Origin: Balanoglossus misakiensis
Taxonomy: Eukaryota > Animalia > Hemichordata
NCBI GenBank assembly: GCA_040954595.2
Contig: CM082578.2
Coordinates: 9,471,519-9,535,518, forward strand
DNA length: 64,000 bases
Direction of reading: 5' to 3'
Shown here: positions 51,001-64,000 of the stretch, piece after piece
Layout of the letters: every line of letters begins with the position of its first letter
Position numbering within the stretch: position 1 is the stretch's first letter
The notes under the pieces: generated by a model
Seen by the model: the letters and a program-made list of their open reading frames with translations, nothing else
Databases searched by the model: none
What the model was told of the DNA's origin: nothing
Made by a program: the position numbers and the translations under genes

Positions 51001-51889
51001 TAACAGTCTGGCAAATGTCAAGAACATATAATCAACAACTGTCCATCCAATATGATTCTTATTTCTGAGCGAACAATTATTCTCACAACTGTAATATGCA
51101 CCTGATGTTATGAGAAGCTTTGCCATCTTGAGTGATATCAACAACGTCTGCTCCCTTCCGAATGCTGATCACATGAAAGGTCAGGATACTTTAAAATCTC
51201 ATCTTGCCTTCCGATTGAATCTCCTGAACTTTTGTTATGGTGATTTTTATCACATCTCCAATGACTAACTGAATGGAAGGCAAAATGTTTATCTCTGCTG
51301 TACGTACTTTAATCTGTATCTTTATTCCCAATCTTTTCCTTTCCATCATCCGTTTGGCTATTCAGAGAAATCAAAACCTTTTCTTCATATAAACAGGCAT
51401 CCGCATGGTAATGATAATACCATTAGTGGCTGATGGGTAACATGTAAAAACATCATTGTAAAACACAAAAAGTCACAGAATCAAGCTACATTGTTCTGGT
51501 CTTACAATGTGCTCGGAGTATTACATGCTGCCCACATACTAGTAATGAACATATACCCTAGATATACATGTACATGTATTAATTCTCATAGCTCAAATGG
51601 AAGAGAAACAAAAGCTAAATCAATCATGCTCTCTAGTTCCATTGGCTATTGACAAATTAATCAGATGGTGCTTGCTTTTTTTATCCGTTGACTGTCAGAG
51701 ACAGATTCTGATTGCGCACACAGTTCCTGACCCGGGGCTTATCACAAAATGTGGTGCAAACCAAATCAATGCGCAATGTGAAATGATGTGGAGTTTCAGG
51801 GGCATGTGTTTCACCTTCTGGGCAGGACCGAACCTGTACTTGCGTTTCCCCCATGTTGTGTGCATGGGGAGAAACATCCATCTCTCCCG

Positions 51890-52065
51890 CTATCTTTTCT
51901 GCGTTGCTTGGTTGCCAAGGGATACGATGAGAGTTCTCAGTTGCTTCCGTTTCCTGGATACTGTAGCCTGGGTAACAGCTTCCTTTAGTGACACCTGGCC
52001 ACCTTGCACCAACTGCTTGCATAGATGCTCCGTGTTGCAAATCACATACAAACCACAGTCATAAC
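51890..52065 (-). CDS. SENP8: SENP8/DEN1 NEDD8-specific protease, last coding exon (catalytic Cys)
   Basis: tgtgttcatttgcag|; (S)YDCGLYVICNTEHLCKQLVQGGQVSLKEAVTQATVSRKRKQLRTLIVSLG...*; matches SENP8 QQNSYDCGMYVICNTEALC. Candidate AATAAA on minus at 51321-51326. Confidence 0.93.
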
Positions 52066-55000
52066 CTGCAAATGAACACATTTCAGATCTGAATTTATAA
52101 CATGAGAATGCAGATTATCTGGAAAGAGAGGAAAGGTCTGCAGGTGGGACCAAAGAATGGCATCTGAAATTACATTTTCTGGTGCTGTAACTAAAAGTTT
52201 TAAAGAACATATGCAAACCCATTTTGCTAATGACTGGATTAGTCTTCTTGACCCTAAATCCCCTGTAATCACACCCCATCGTCTTTTTTATGCATTCCCT
52301 TGATGTGAACCTGGTAAAGTGTTAAGTAGACAATTACTGAAAATTTGCCCGAATGACATTTCTTGCCTTTCCACATTTGACCACATGAGTAGAAATAAAA
52401 GGTCTTTCACCTTTTTTAGAAATTCTTTGACATAATCACCAGAGAGGGCTTCTATTTACATAACAATTCACATTCCAGTCATCAGTTTCTACAATGCAAC
52501 TACAAAGCGGCAGTGCTTGTGCTCAGCACTCACAATTTTGTCATCAAACCAACAATCATCAAGGGTTCATTTGTCAATTAAATAGTATTTATGACACCTG
52601 TACTTTTAACATTCTGGGGTTGCAACCTCAGCATCTCGGGGACTGACATCTGCATTAATTTTTCATGTAGGGCATTCATGTCTGCATGAAACAATTATGA
52701 CTTCCAGGTCGCATGTCATCCCCAGGGTCACTGAATGGTGATCACAGGAACAACGATTCACATAAAGATACAATGTTGAAACAGTGAGATTTACAGTGAA
52801 AGGGTCTCCATGTCAGAACTCAGCCTTTTCTTGGACACTACACGAGACGCAGTCACAACCACAGCTGACCCACTGGGAAGGTGACTCATGAAGTACATTT
52901 GTCTGTCTGCACCTCACATCATTCTGACAGAACTCAGGAGGCTTCTTATAAAAATAACCGAAGTGTAAGTGGGGACACTTGCCTTGAGGTAACAGTACAC
53001 TCAGGCAGGATCTACTAGCACTCATGCAGTCATCTAGTTCCAATGTGCAACATTCTGATGTCTTTAGATGAAACAAATTGTATTGAGACTGAAGGGCTGA
53101 CCACATACATAGTGGATCAATCTACACGTCACACATTCATCTGTCTGCCTTTGTGTGTCTGGGTACCCTTCACAGTGTGATGTCTTGCTGGGACTATCAG
53201 AGGGCAGTAGAAGATATCATTTATCAGCCAACAAACATAAGTTGCACTATTTCACCTCCAGGAAGTGAGACCTCACTTATTTGCCGACCTCTTTTGAGAG
53301 CATTTTGGAAAACTACCGCTGTTTATCGACCTATTCCATCAAGCGATGGGATTGAAAAAAACGGTACAACACCAGGAAACTATAAATCAGACTTAACTAA
53401 TGGGAATGGGCTAATTAAAGGGAACTAATTCAATAGGTTAACTTTAAGCATCCTATACATTGTAGTTCACCATTCAGCCATGGCTTATTGTTTCAGATGC
53501 ATTTTCCTTCGTAGACTGAATTCTCAGGTGAATCCCTATTTAATAAAGTAAAAAATAAGGTTGGGCTTTCAAACTTATTTGTATATAGGGAGATATGAAT
53601 AAAACATCACATAGTTGTCCACTGAAATGTAAGCTTAGTATGCAAAATATTCATCAGTATTGCTTGATAAAAGACATTTGGTCCTGTAATGCATTCATTT
53701 TATCTTACATTGACACAGAGTGGGAAGAATGGCTGACATCTGGGGTTTTTTTTCACAATGTTATGCAGTGAAAAAGCTTATTATACCTCCTCAGTGGAAA
53801 TCATTCGCACTTGTGTTTCAAACTCATTTCATTTCAGGTGAGCGAGTTGTGGCCACTGCAGATAATCAGTTCCATTTCCAAATGGCTATAAATGTCAAAG
53901 CCTATAATGAAGAGAGTAAATTTCCATGTCGCTTAAGCGTGACACGGTGATGATTTTTGAAGTATTTAGGTCACACATGTAGAGTCAGCATTGACACCGT
54001 TGCGTTACAACTTCTTTCTTCAAAACACCAACGAAAGAGGGATTTAATTATGGGGTCTGCCAGTTGGTTGAGACTGTGAGCAGACAGGCAAACGTTATTC
54101 ACTCTGAAGCCAGCTCTTACCTAAGAATTAAGTCTATACCCACGGCAGTAGTACTGTTCATTTTGATTTCTATTCTTAATTACTAGAGAAACTGCACTGT
54201 ATGCTGTCAAATGTCGTTTTTCACACTCTATTCCCGACAACTTCGACAGGAACCACAGTCTTCCTACTGTGTTTCCTGTTCATCTGGCAAAGTGGGGGAA
54301 AAAACGCAAGCGGCAAGTGTCAGGGGAATGATGCACACAATCCAAAACCCACAACTCAAACAAAACTGCTCTTTCTTAAACATCAAAAGAGCGAGTACAG
54401 CTCGCCATCAAATTTAATGCACCTCCTGGGGACTGTAATGTTTTTGCCCTTGATTGGTAGCGCTGTTAAAAAAAATTAATGGCATTCTGGGAATGCGTCA
54501 TTACACCGCCGAAAAACGAAGCACTTGATCCTGGTCGTCTATCATCACCACCTCTGACCTCAGAGGTTACCATGGGTACACCTGTTTGAAATGAGAGCTG
54601 ATGGAGGGTCCTCAGCTGTCCGTGCTAAACCATGCAACCACTGCTCTTCACTAATGAACACAGAATTGTTCCAGGAAACACCCAAGTCCAATTAAATTAG
54701 CCTCTACTCTAATAACCCTGAGTGTCTCTGACTTTCTTTCAATTGATGTATCTTTTGCAAGACCTGCTCAATTGTTCAATCAGTCTTGTTCTGGCTGAGA
54801 ACTGGCTCTGACGGTGGTCTCCACGGTGACTGTGTCACTAAAACCTCGCCATGTTGGAGGTGCTTTTGTTGTTTAATTTCACCTAAATCCATCCAGCTAT
54901 TCTTGAGACGTCATCAGTCACATCACGCCAACAGACAGCCAGACATACAAGCTCATGTGTGTAAACACGTGTACTGAAATTGCAAGATCTAGTTATATAA

Positions 55001-55543
55001 AACCCACATTCACTGTTTTTTTTCTTGACCTAACCAAAATATAAATTTATTTTTCTCCCAATCAGTACAGAACATCAGATGTCAATGATAAAATCAAAGA
55101 TTGATAACAAAGCAGACGACACACGGCTAGATACCAGACTATAATCAAGTACATTGTATACTAAAAGGCCAACACCTGGTACAACCTTTGGAGTAGCAGA
55201 ATAACATGGTACTGGCTAAAGGAAGCATCCATGTTATTGCAATAGCATGTTGAACCTCAGATGGCCGAGACATTTATGCCAATTACGAGACTGCCCATTC
55301 CATTCAGGTTGGCATGTCGCAGCTTTTTTTATACAGCAAAGAAGTGGTCATTGGTGCTTCTTCATGTACTTCTCACATTGGTACAATTATTAACACATTG
55401 CTCATCTTGAGGGACAATTCTGAGTCTTGAGGGATTCATGGGGGGGGGGGGCTCTAGGAATGAAAGAGGGAATGCGGGGGAGAAATAATGGAGGGCCTGG
55501 GAAGAAAATTGAAAATGAAGATCATGCATGTACATGTACTTAC

Positions 55544-55594
55544 TGTTTTGTTGCTGTGAGCAATCCATATTAATGTACTTCACATCAGGCCCAG
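55544..55594 (-). CDS. SENP8: SENP8 penultimate coding exon (oxyanion Gln)
   Basis: gctcccttag|...ACA|GTAAGT; 51 nt, phase 1-1; (A)GPDVKYINMDCSQQQN(S). Confidence 0.9.
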
Positions 55595-58500
55595 CTAAGG
55601 GAGCAAAATAGAATAAAGTGTCAGTTGAATTATGAGAATAAATCAGCAACCGTGAAATATTATGAATATAGTGCAAAATTGGGCTTTAAGGAATCTCCAA
55701 ATGTTTCAATAAAATTCAATGAAAATTTCATGTTGACTTTTTTTGTTCTACGATGATCTAACCCTGCAGTGGTGGGAAGCTGGAATACGCATACCAACTC
55801 TTGTAATACACTGAAGTCCACCCAGCATGGTATGGTATGCATATCAATGGGACGGCAGCTTAGATTGGTATTTTTACTATGCCAACTGAAGTGGAAATCT
55901 TTTTTTAGGAAAATATTGATACATAATATAGATGCATGAATAAGGCCCTCACTCAACCCCCTCTAGACATTCAGGGATAGATTCAATACTAGTATTCCAG
56001 GTTCACACAAGGTCACGATTTCTGTACTGACACCTGTACATGATTTAAATTAATTTTCGACAAAATGTGAGAATCAATTTTTTTTCTGTAATTGCTTTGT
56101 TGGCCATTTTTGACGATATTAGACTAAACCTGCACGTTCACTTTGCTTGTGCTTTTCTTTGCATTTAGTAAAAAGAACTGATAGTGACTATTAATTGTGT
56201 TGTTAATATGACAATCTTCTTCATAGATGTATTCTACAAGATGGCAATGGGCAAGTAATGAATGAAAATGTGTGTGCGGTGTATGTTCTGCATATGCGAC
56301 CCTTGATTTCAGGGCTTATTTCAGGGTGGATGTAGAGATCTAATTGCTTCAACTCTCCACTGGTGAACATGATCCAATATGGTTTTTCTGGAAACTTATA
56401 AGGCGGGGTCAGTGCATGATTGACACCTGTCAGTCTTAACACAGCTCAACACGCCTGCTTGGATCAGATCCCAGGAAGAAAAAAAAAAGGCTACAGGGAA
56501 AAATAAGTGATGCTCGGAAGCTGCAGTCTGCCACTATCAACAGAGCCTGACATCAACCTTATGGCAGAACTGATGAAACGGACTGATTTGCGCTCGTCTC
56601 AGACAATTAGACAGAAGGAAGGAAACTGACACATTGGGATATATTGCAATCGGAGAGAGATATTGCATTCACGTCCGTGGTCTGAACTTTTACATTTCGC
56701 CAGCCTGTGTTCATAGCACTTACGAATCGATCCACGAATAACGGGGTACGTATACAACATGTACAATATGTGATCTCTTCATTCACACTTGGTACATGCA
56801 TGTTTTTATACACACCTCCCGGTGCCCTGTCACGACTCAAGTGACTCGTTCGGCAGAATTTCAGATCACGCCAGAAAAATATCCATTACCAGTATTTATG
56901 ACACACCGTGAAAGATAACGAGCTTGTAATAGGCCATCGTGTGCACTCAAAAGTGATGCATTTAGCTTGTCAATGGTGCTACATCACAAGACAAATTAAA
57001 CACTGCCTGCCTCTCCATACTAATTTCATGAAGTTTACATACGGGAGGCACTTTTTTCTTTTAAAAAAGGGGGACACAAGTCTCTAATGCTGATGTTGCT
57101 TTGGTTATTTTTGGTTCCAGCGAAATCTTTCTCCATTGTTTTTTCTGTTGGCAACATTTTTGATTGATGGTGCGTTACAGTTACCACAACTTTGGTTTCA
57201 AGTGAAAATATTTTGATGACATGTAAATTACTTGTGGAGCTTACCATATAGTACAATTTCAGGGCTTGTAATTTTTATGACTGGGCTAGTAGTTTTTGGT
57301 CAGACTAGACTCAGACAGATTTGAAAATCATTTGGCTTTCACACAGACAGTGACACTGAACTGGTGGACCAGTTGAAATCAGAGGCTGGGCTACAGTATA
57401 TCATTATAAACTCCCATTTGGTATATGTATATGTCTTAAGTTTGCCACCATAGCCAAGGGGCTGGTTGATCTGAAAAGAATTTGCTCACCCCTGATTCTA
57501 AAAGCATTTGTACAAATGTTTGTTAGACATGTTTACAAGACGGGTACAAGTTGTTCCTATGATCTCAGATCTATATGACAGCCAGGCATGCATTTGTTGG
57601 CCGACCAATTTTAGCTCTTTCTGATTAAACATTACTTCTATAGCTGAAAAATTCGAGTCACTATAACTGTCAGATACATGTACAATAAGTGAAACCTGTA
57701 ATTCCAGGCACCTAGTCTTCATTCAGTAATTGCAAATCACACATAATTTAATGGACTGAAATAATATTAACAGTTCCGGACAAAGAAAATTAGCCCGCCG
57801 TATGTTTTTTGTATGCATTTTATCACAACATCTAATCTTAAAACTTAGAGGCACTCAGATACATGCTAAGAGATGCTTATCGAATATTCATGAAAGAAAA
57901 TTGCATTTTATGATCTGATACAACTCAAATGAGTCTGCGATTTCTGGTGATAAACTATTTGCAATATACATATATTCACTTTGACAATTATAAGTTTGGG
58001 CTGAAAATGCCATTTTCAGTAAATAGAAGATCACTGATAATTAAAGCACAGAGAATATTTTCTGCAAAGACTAAATTAAGCTGGCTTGAAGCCAACCAGG
58101 GCAACAGAATGTTTGTACACTCATCAGTCTAAAGCACATTGTGAACAATTATCCCCTGTGGGAAGCCTCCTAAATGACTGAGTTTAATCGTTCTTCAGAG
58201 AGGATATTGATGACTCCCCCCCCCCCTCATCAACAGAACACCCACCCTTCACTAGAAGTGGCTGATCCCTAAAAACCACCCTCAGTTCATCCTCCTCCAT
58301 CTGCCTTGCATCTGCCGGCTGGCTGATTATTCAGGAGGTCCTACTTTCTGGTGGTATTCAAAGTTATATATATCATTTTTCTTGGTGCGACTGGGAAGCA
58401 CGCTCTAAAAACACTTCCAGCTTGTGTTTTAGTTGATGAGTGCATGCTGCCTGCTCTATTAACTTGACTCACGCATGTTTTGAAAGTAAACAGTCTCTCA

Positions 58501-61500
58501 ACAGACAGCCGATACTGAATTCAAAGCAGCTGTCACAACAGGGCTCTGCACTTCACTTTTATAGACCGCAGCAAATTGATACGAGTGTATATTAAAATCC
58601 ACTACGTTTTAAATACAATACAAGACAGGCGTATTTTATCACCATATAAAAAATCATTCTTTTTCAACCAGTATGTGCTATGATTGTGAAATTCTGATGA
58701 AAGATGACGAATGACCAGACTAAGTAGTGATTTACGACTGCTGGTTAGAGTACGGAAGTTTTTCAAGGCAAACCGTGTTTGCCAATTAATGGCCGTGATG
58801 AAAACAAATCTATGAAATACTCATAGTCTGTCTATTTTATAGCCTTTATTAAATTAATATACAAATGTCGGGAGCGGCCCTCTTTTGTGGAAACAAGTGC
58901 TGATATAAGCTGCAGGCAATGGTGACTTTGTTCCAAAAACACCAACATTGCTTTTATCAACTTCACATTGCTTCATTGAGTATCAAGTCCACAAGGTCAG
59001 TTATGATTGCTATTCAAACAGAAATAATTGCTTTTGTCATAACCTTGCAATTGTATGCTTGACTGGCAAAGAATTGCCACGCAATGCTCCACTAATAAAT
59101 AAAACAATATTGTCAACCCCCTGTTTGAATACAAATGTTATCCCCACATTATACATCACAGATTATTCGAAACACAGTAGGATTTGCATTGCAATTAAAC
59201 ATGCATAGCAATTAACTGACAAGCTCTCAGCATAAATTAATCAATTTATAGAGATTTGAATATTCAGTGAAATGTTCTGATGTAAAGCCTTATTCAATAT
59301 TTATATTTGTTCATGCACAAGTCAATAATTTGCATAAGGTGGACTTGGCCTATAGCATTTGAATCGCTTAGTGCTCTGTGCTGCACTCAAGTTTTCGAAT
59401 GGTTGTAAAGACCAGATTTTTCTGGTACTTCCAGCCTGAAATCAGGATGTACGTAAGAGGAAAATCCCTGCCCACCAACACCAATCAATGGGGCTATTAA
59501 AAACACCTGATTTGATTTCACGTCCTGAGTGCATGATCAATCTTGGAGCACAATTATTTTCCTGCTCTTTTGCTCTTCTGGCTACTGGTTAGGTAACAAT
59601 AAGTAAGACACACAGCGGCGATAAACATCATTGACATTTCTATACTGGAAATGGCATCGTCGATGCTCGAAACAGATAGGCAAGTGCGCAAAGTTACCAG
59701 GAATTAATTTGGCGGATGGCTGTCTTTAATAGTTGTGCCGTGCAACGTGTAATGAGAAATGCGAAAGTCAAACAGATAAAATGAGATTTAATCTAGCCAC
59801 AATGAGTTTTGAATCAAATGTTCGAATGAATGAGAACACAAGTGAAAAAAGGTAATGACGGTTGACCTTACATGACCTTTCAGTCTGGGACGCAAGTCGA
59901 GATACCCCTGTCTGATATAACTTAAGATGATTCCAATTTTCATGTCCTACTTTCAACTCTGCAGGCATTGAACATCAACACAATTATGTGTACAAATGGG
60001 AAAAAAGATTATAGTTCAATAAAATGCTTTGGGTGACTTAATAGGCAAACAGGGCAATTAGCCACTGAATCATTTCTTAAATGCTACAAATCGCAAAACC
60101 ATTATATTAATAGGCCGTAGTAATTTTTACATGTATGCTATTTTGAACGCTGCAAAATATACACGACAGTATTCAAATTTCATAAGCCGTGATTTGCATT
60201 CATGGCATTCCTCCTTAATTGCTGCTACGGACTGGCCTCCAACCTCTGCACAGAAGTTCTATCACAGAAATAAAGTAACATGTGACTGGTTATATCCTGT
60301 TCAGAAAGTGCCTTGCTGTGAATTAACCTATACCCATGTACTACAAGAGTCAAGGAACCATAATCATTTAGCAATCTCTTGAAAATTTGCTATCTTTAGG
60401 GTCTACATGTATCTTTGAACGCTGAACTTCTTGCAATAATCCCAACACACTCGATGAATTCACCAGACTGTTTCCTTTGAAAATTCCGGTGTTTGAGAGA
60501 AACTTACACAAGGATTACAGATGACACCAGCCAAAGTATCAGGTTTGTGAACATGTAGGTCAGAAGTAGATTTCTAACTGCACTGTGTGATTTCTACCAG
60601 TGGGATGAAAGCCAGGGTGAACGCATTGGATGATCTTTTAACCCTAATTTGCAAATACATGTATGATGGCAATAAATATGCGACGTTATTTAAACAGAAC
60701 TTTACAATAGGCACCCAGGGTGAGATCATACCACTCTAATAGTCTGTAAGGGTCAGTCGGCGAGACAAAATAAACTGCAATTAAACAAATCCAAATACCA
60801 TAAGTGATGGGTGAATGTAGAATTTGCTGTCAACTTCAACAAGTATTCTTTGTTTTTTTTTGGATTCCATAGATGTTTTTCCCCTTCAAAAAGTCGTGAA
60901 GATGAGTTACACAAATGCTCCTGGGCATAACCACATGTCATGGCCAGCTATAGGCCACCATGAAGTTCATGTTCATCTGTGCAATGTATGTGTGCAGGGG
61001 GGGCTTGTCTCAGTCAACTATTATTTCTCCAAAGTGGTTTGAAAGCTATTTACACGCTGCACTGACACATTTTTCAGCAATGACTGCAATGACTAGAGGC
61101 ATTCTTAACACCAAAACACGTACTCCATGATTCCCATCAATGAGAGCTACATGTACCTTTAGCAAGGCTTTCATACACTAGTATCAAAAATAACGTAAAA
61201 AGCTGTATATAGCAAGAGCATATCAGTCATATTGTAGTTGATCATTTTAGGTACGTCAACTTTGGCAGAAAAAGCTTTGTTCACTCTAAAACATTGTTAA
61301 TCTTCATCTCTGAATCGTGTAATATTCATCCTGTCTTCCGTTTCATGATTAATGTCCACACATATATTTAATAATGCTCAACACTAAAAGCAAATGTGAC
61401 CTGCCACTAAAGCATACAATTTTTTATTCTGGAAAAAAAAAGCAGTGGGATTGTTAAATTGTATTGCTTGAGGCTACAAAATATGTGATTTATTAAAATT

Positions 61501-63053
61501 GTCCGACAAGTAACGATATGGTGCGAATGCTTTTTAGTGTTACATGTGTCTCCTTGATAGCTTTTGTCTGATCTCTGTTGTCTGTCAGGCATTTTTCACC
61601 AAATTGATGTACACATGCATGACGCTATGTCATCTATCAGCTTACAGAACCCCAGCTTTCCTTTCTTATTTTCATTTGTATGAAAATTGAGTGTGCAATG
61701 ACTATAAACAATCTCTAAAAGTGATCATTCTGATATAAACGTTCAATGTAAGTACGGCATTTGGCGTTTTACACTGAAGCTCAGACTTTCACATATCTTT
61801 TCAACTTTGCATTATGTATCCGAGTGGTACGTTTGACTGATCAATATTCAAGACAGACAGATGGAGGGAATTATCTTGGAGTTATTTTCAAGTTAAAATT
61901 GCATTGTGATTCTACTGTGAAAACGCCTGCAGCTAAACCATGCTTCATCCTTGAGGCAAAGATATATGATGCTTTTTTTAGCACAATCAGAAAATCCAAC
62001 AAAGCTCTGCCACTTGAAAATTCTAAACGGCCTTTCCCGATCTGTCAGAGAGAAATGTCACTCGCTCGCTCCGGGAAGAGATAAATTGCCCACAAATAAT
62101 GTGTTTGTACTGCGTCCTGTCACAGAAAGACGTCGAAGGTACCTGGTGATACCACAATCAAACCGAACATTTATACCGCGCTATTCATCGCAAGATAGCT
62201 GTCTCGTTATCCCATGAATGAAAGTTAATTGGGTTTCCACGGAACGCGGATGTGGACCTGGGAACATCCCAGCGATTCACACATGAATGTAAAACCATTA
62301 AACCCTCCTCAGCTTTGAAACTTACATTATTGCCATACATGTACATGTACCGGTATATTATACACTTGTCGTATCCTATGGTGTTTTGTAATACAATACA
62401 TTCCCGTATTTGTATAGTACGCTGCAATACGGCTGATGCATATACCGGTACATGCATTTGTATGTGGCTGCTCTTGTACTGAGTGACTGAAGCAGCCTAT
62501 GTTTGGCTGGATGCCAATTAAATCATACATACTTCTGTCACAATTTTATTCAGTTCTAGTTTGCTCATTTTCATATTAACATTAACTTATCCAGACTTTC
62601 ACGTATCTTTCAAGCTTTACTTTGAATTGAAACACTACTTCCCTTTATTTACAAAACAATGCATGCACACAACACAGTCCCTCCAGTTGAATTATAAGCA
62701 GCAACATTTTAAAACAGCACGCTCGTAGTATGCAGAGGACACAAGCATCAATTATGAAAAAAGTTATTACCGAATATTATGTCACGGAATTGCCTTTTTT
62801 GTCATTTTTGTTCAGGTGAAAGTCAACAAAGGGAATATCAAAATATTTTCTCAAAGGATATTTCCATCACCGATGTTTAATTGTACATTATCCTGTCATG
62901 CAACTGAATAATGTAAAATTCATGATGTACCGGTAATTCAAACGACGTTACAACCACCAACATTCAGTGCAGACGTTAAACTTTTGAAAAAAATACAAAT
63001 ACAACAAAGGGATTATACATAATTTATGGGTTAATTATAAGAAAAACTATTAC

Positions 63054-63169
63054 CTTTAACGTATGCAGATAATTTATTACTGAGGGAGGATGCTATTGTT
63101 GAATTGCTGTCGCCAGACGAATCGTAGTGACCAAATTCTCCTTTTTGCCTGTCAAATAGCAAAAGACTC
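63054..63169 (-). CDS. SENP8: SENP8 internal exon (catalytic Asp)
   Basis: ttgtcttccag|...AAG|GTAATA; phase 2 in, 1 out; (W)SLLLFDRQKGEFGHYDSSGDSNSTIASSLSNKLSAYVK; matches HWSLLVY...FFHYDS...N. 5' exons lie beyond the window. Confidence 0.93.
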
Positions 63170-63581
63170 CTGGAAGACAAATACAAAAGAAATAGAGGAG
63201 GACAATGTGAGCGATTTTTTTGACAATTCACCAACATTCTCAAGCAATTATTTTTATTGACAATTTCATCATTACTTTTGTGCATTAAACATTTCATGGG
63301 AATGAATATATTATATTAGACATTGAATAAGGAAGATTACTTCATTGAATATTGCCTTAGAGTACTTCATACTAAAAGTACACACATGATGAAGTATAAA
63401 TAATTACAACACACAATGTGGTATACCTAAAATAATATTACTTTCTTGCAGTATATTAGCTGACGCATGCAGGGATTCAATTTCTATTCACGCTATGAAC
63501 ATTAATTTCTAAAATGTTTATTTTCGATATACAATCTACATTTTGTCATGAATTTTCAAGAGATTATCATTATTGTCATCG

Positions 63582-63582
<1 letters not shown>

Positions 63583-63615
<33 letters not shown>
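63583..63615. repeat. (CAT)11 microsatellite in SENP8 intron
   Basis: Perfect CAT run with degenerate upstream units. Confidence 0.92.
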
Positions 63616-63616
<1 letters not shown>

Positions 63617-64000
63617 TTTAAAACTTTCCTAATTATTAAACTTTTTTAAAAAGTCAATAACTTCTTCAGCCCGTAAGGCCAATTTTCTGCAAAGGAAATT
63701 AATATGACAGGGCATGACAGTCATCAGTATGACTGTACGTAATGATTACGACCAACGCTGCTTTAAGTGCTGAAATACCAGTAATGGAAAGAGGTAGCTT
63801 TAACATTATCACCGCTGCTCGTTCACTTCAGCGTTTTAATGTCAGAAAATTGTTTCGTATTACAGACCATTAAATCTAATAGAATACATGATGAAGGAGG
63901 AATGAAACAATCAAGTATAATAATGATGTGAAATTAATGATGCACGAGAAAAGTACGGAAATGGTTCTCGATAACTCTCACGAGCATGCACACTACACCA

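Noticed and set aside
51597-52064. 155-aa + ORF and 119-aa - ORF (51681-52040)
   Set aside because: Antisense and alternative frames over the SENP8 last exon and 3' UTR.

Overview
Eukaryotic (animal, probably marine invertebrate) genomic DNA, roughly 40% GC by eye, intron-rich and repeat-rich. Almost all ORFs in the supplied track are spurious, and the real genes only appear once exons are spliced. Well supported: (1) a complete 5-exon + strand gene (31195-40481) encoding a 421-aa single-pass membrane protein I do not recognise, with 9 N-glycosylation sequons, no signal peptide and a long disordered tail; (2) the last three exons of a - strand SENP8/DEN1 NEDD8 protease gene (63169 to 51890) that continues past the window end; (3) a 5553-bp CACTA/EnSpm-like DNA transposon (9605-15157; perfect 21-bp TIRs, TA flanks) with no visible transposase, carrying a BEN-domain gene that is split by a nested ~390-bp palindromic element; (4) TTAA-flanked Kolobok-like MITEs and microsatellites. 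Weaker: a decayed - strand ZU5/UPA/death-domain-like pseudogene (~6.3-9.1 kb), two other coding relics and a CpG-rich promoter-like island near 45.7 kb. No rRNA, tRNA or CRISPR seen. I cannot claim a new biological system; the best leads are the BEN-carrying CACTA element and the orphan membrane protein. All family assignments are from manual motif recognition, not searches.
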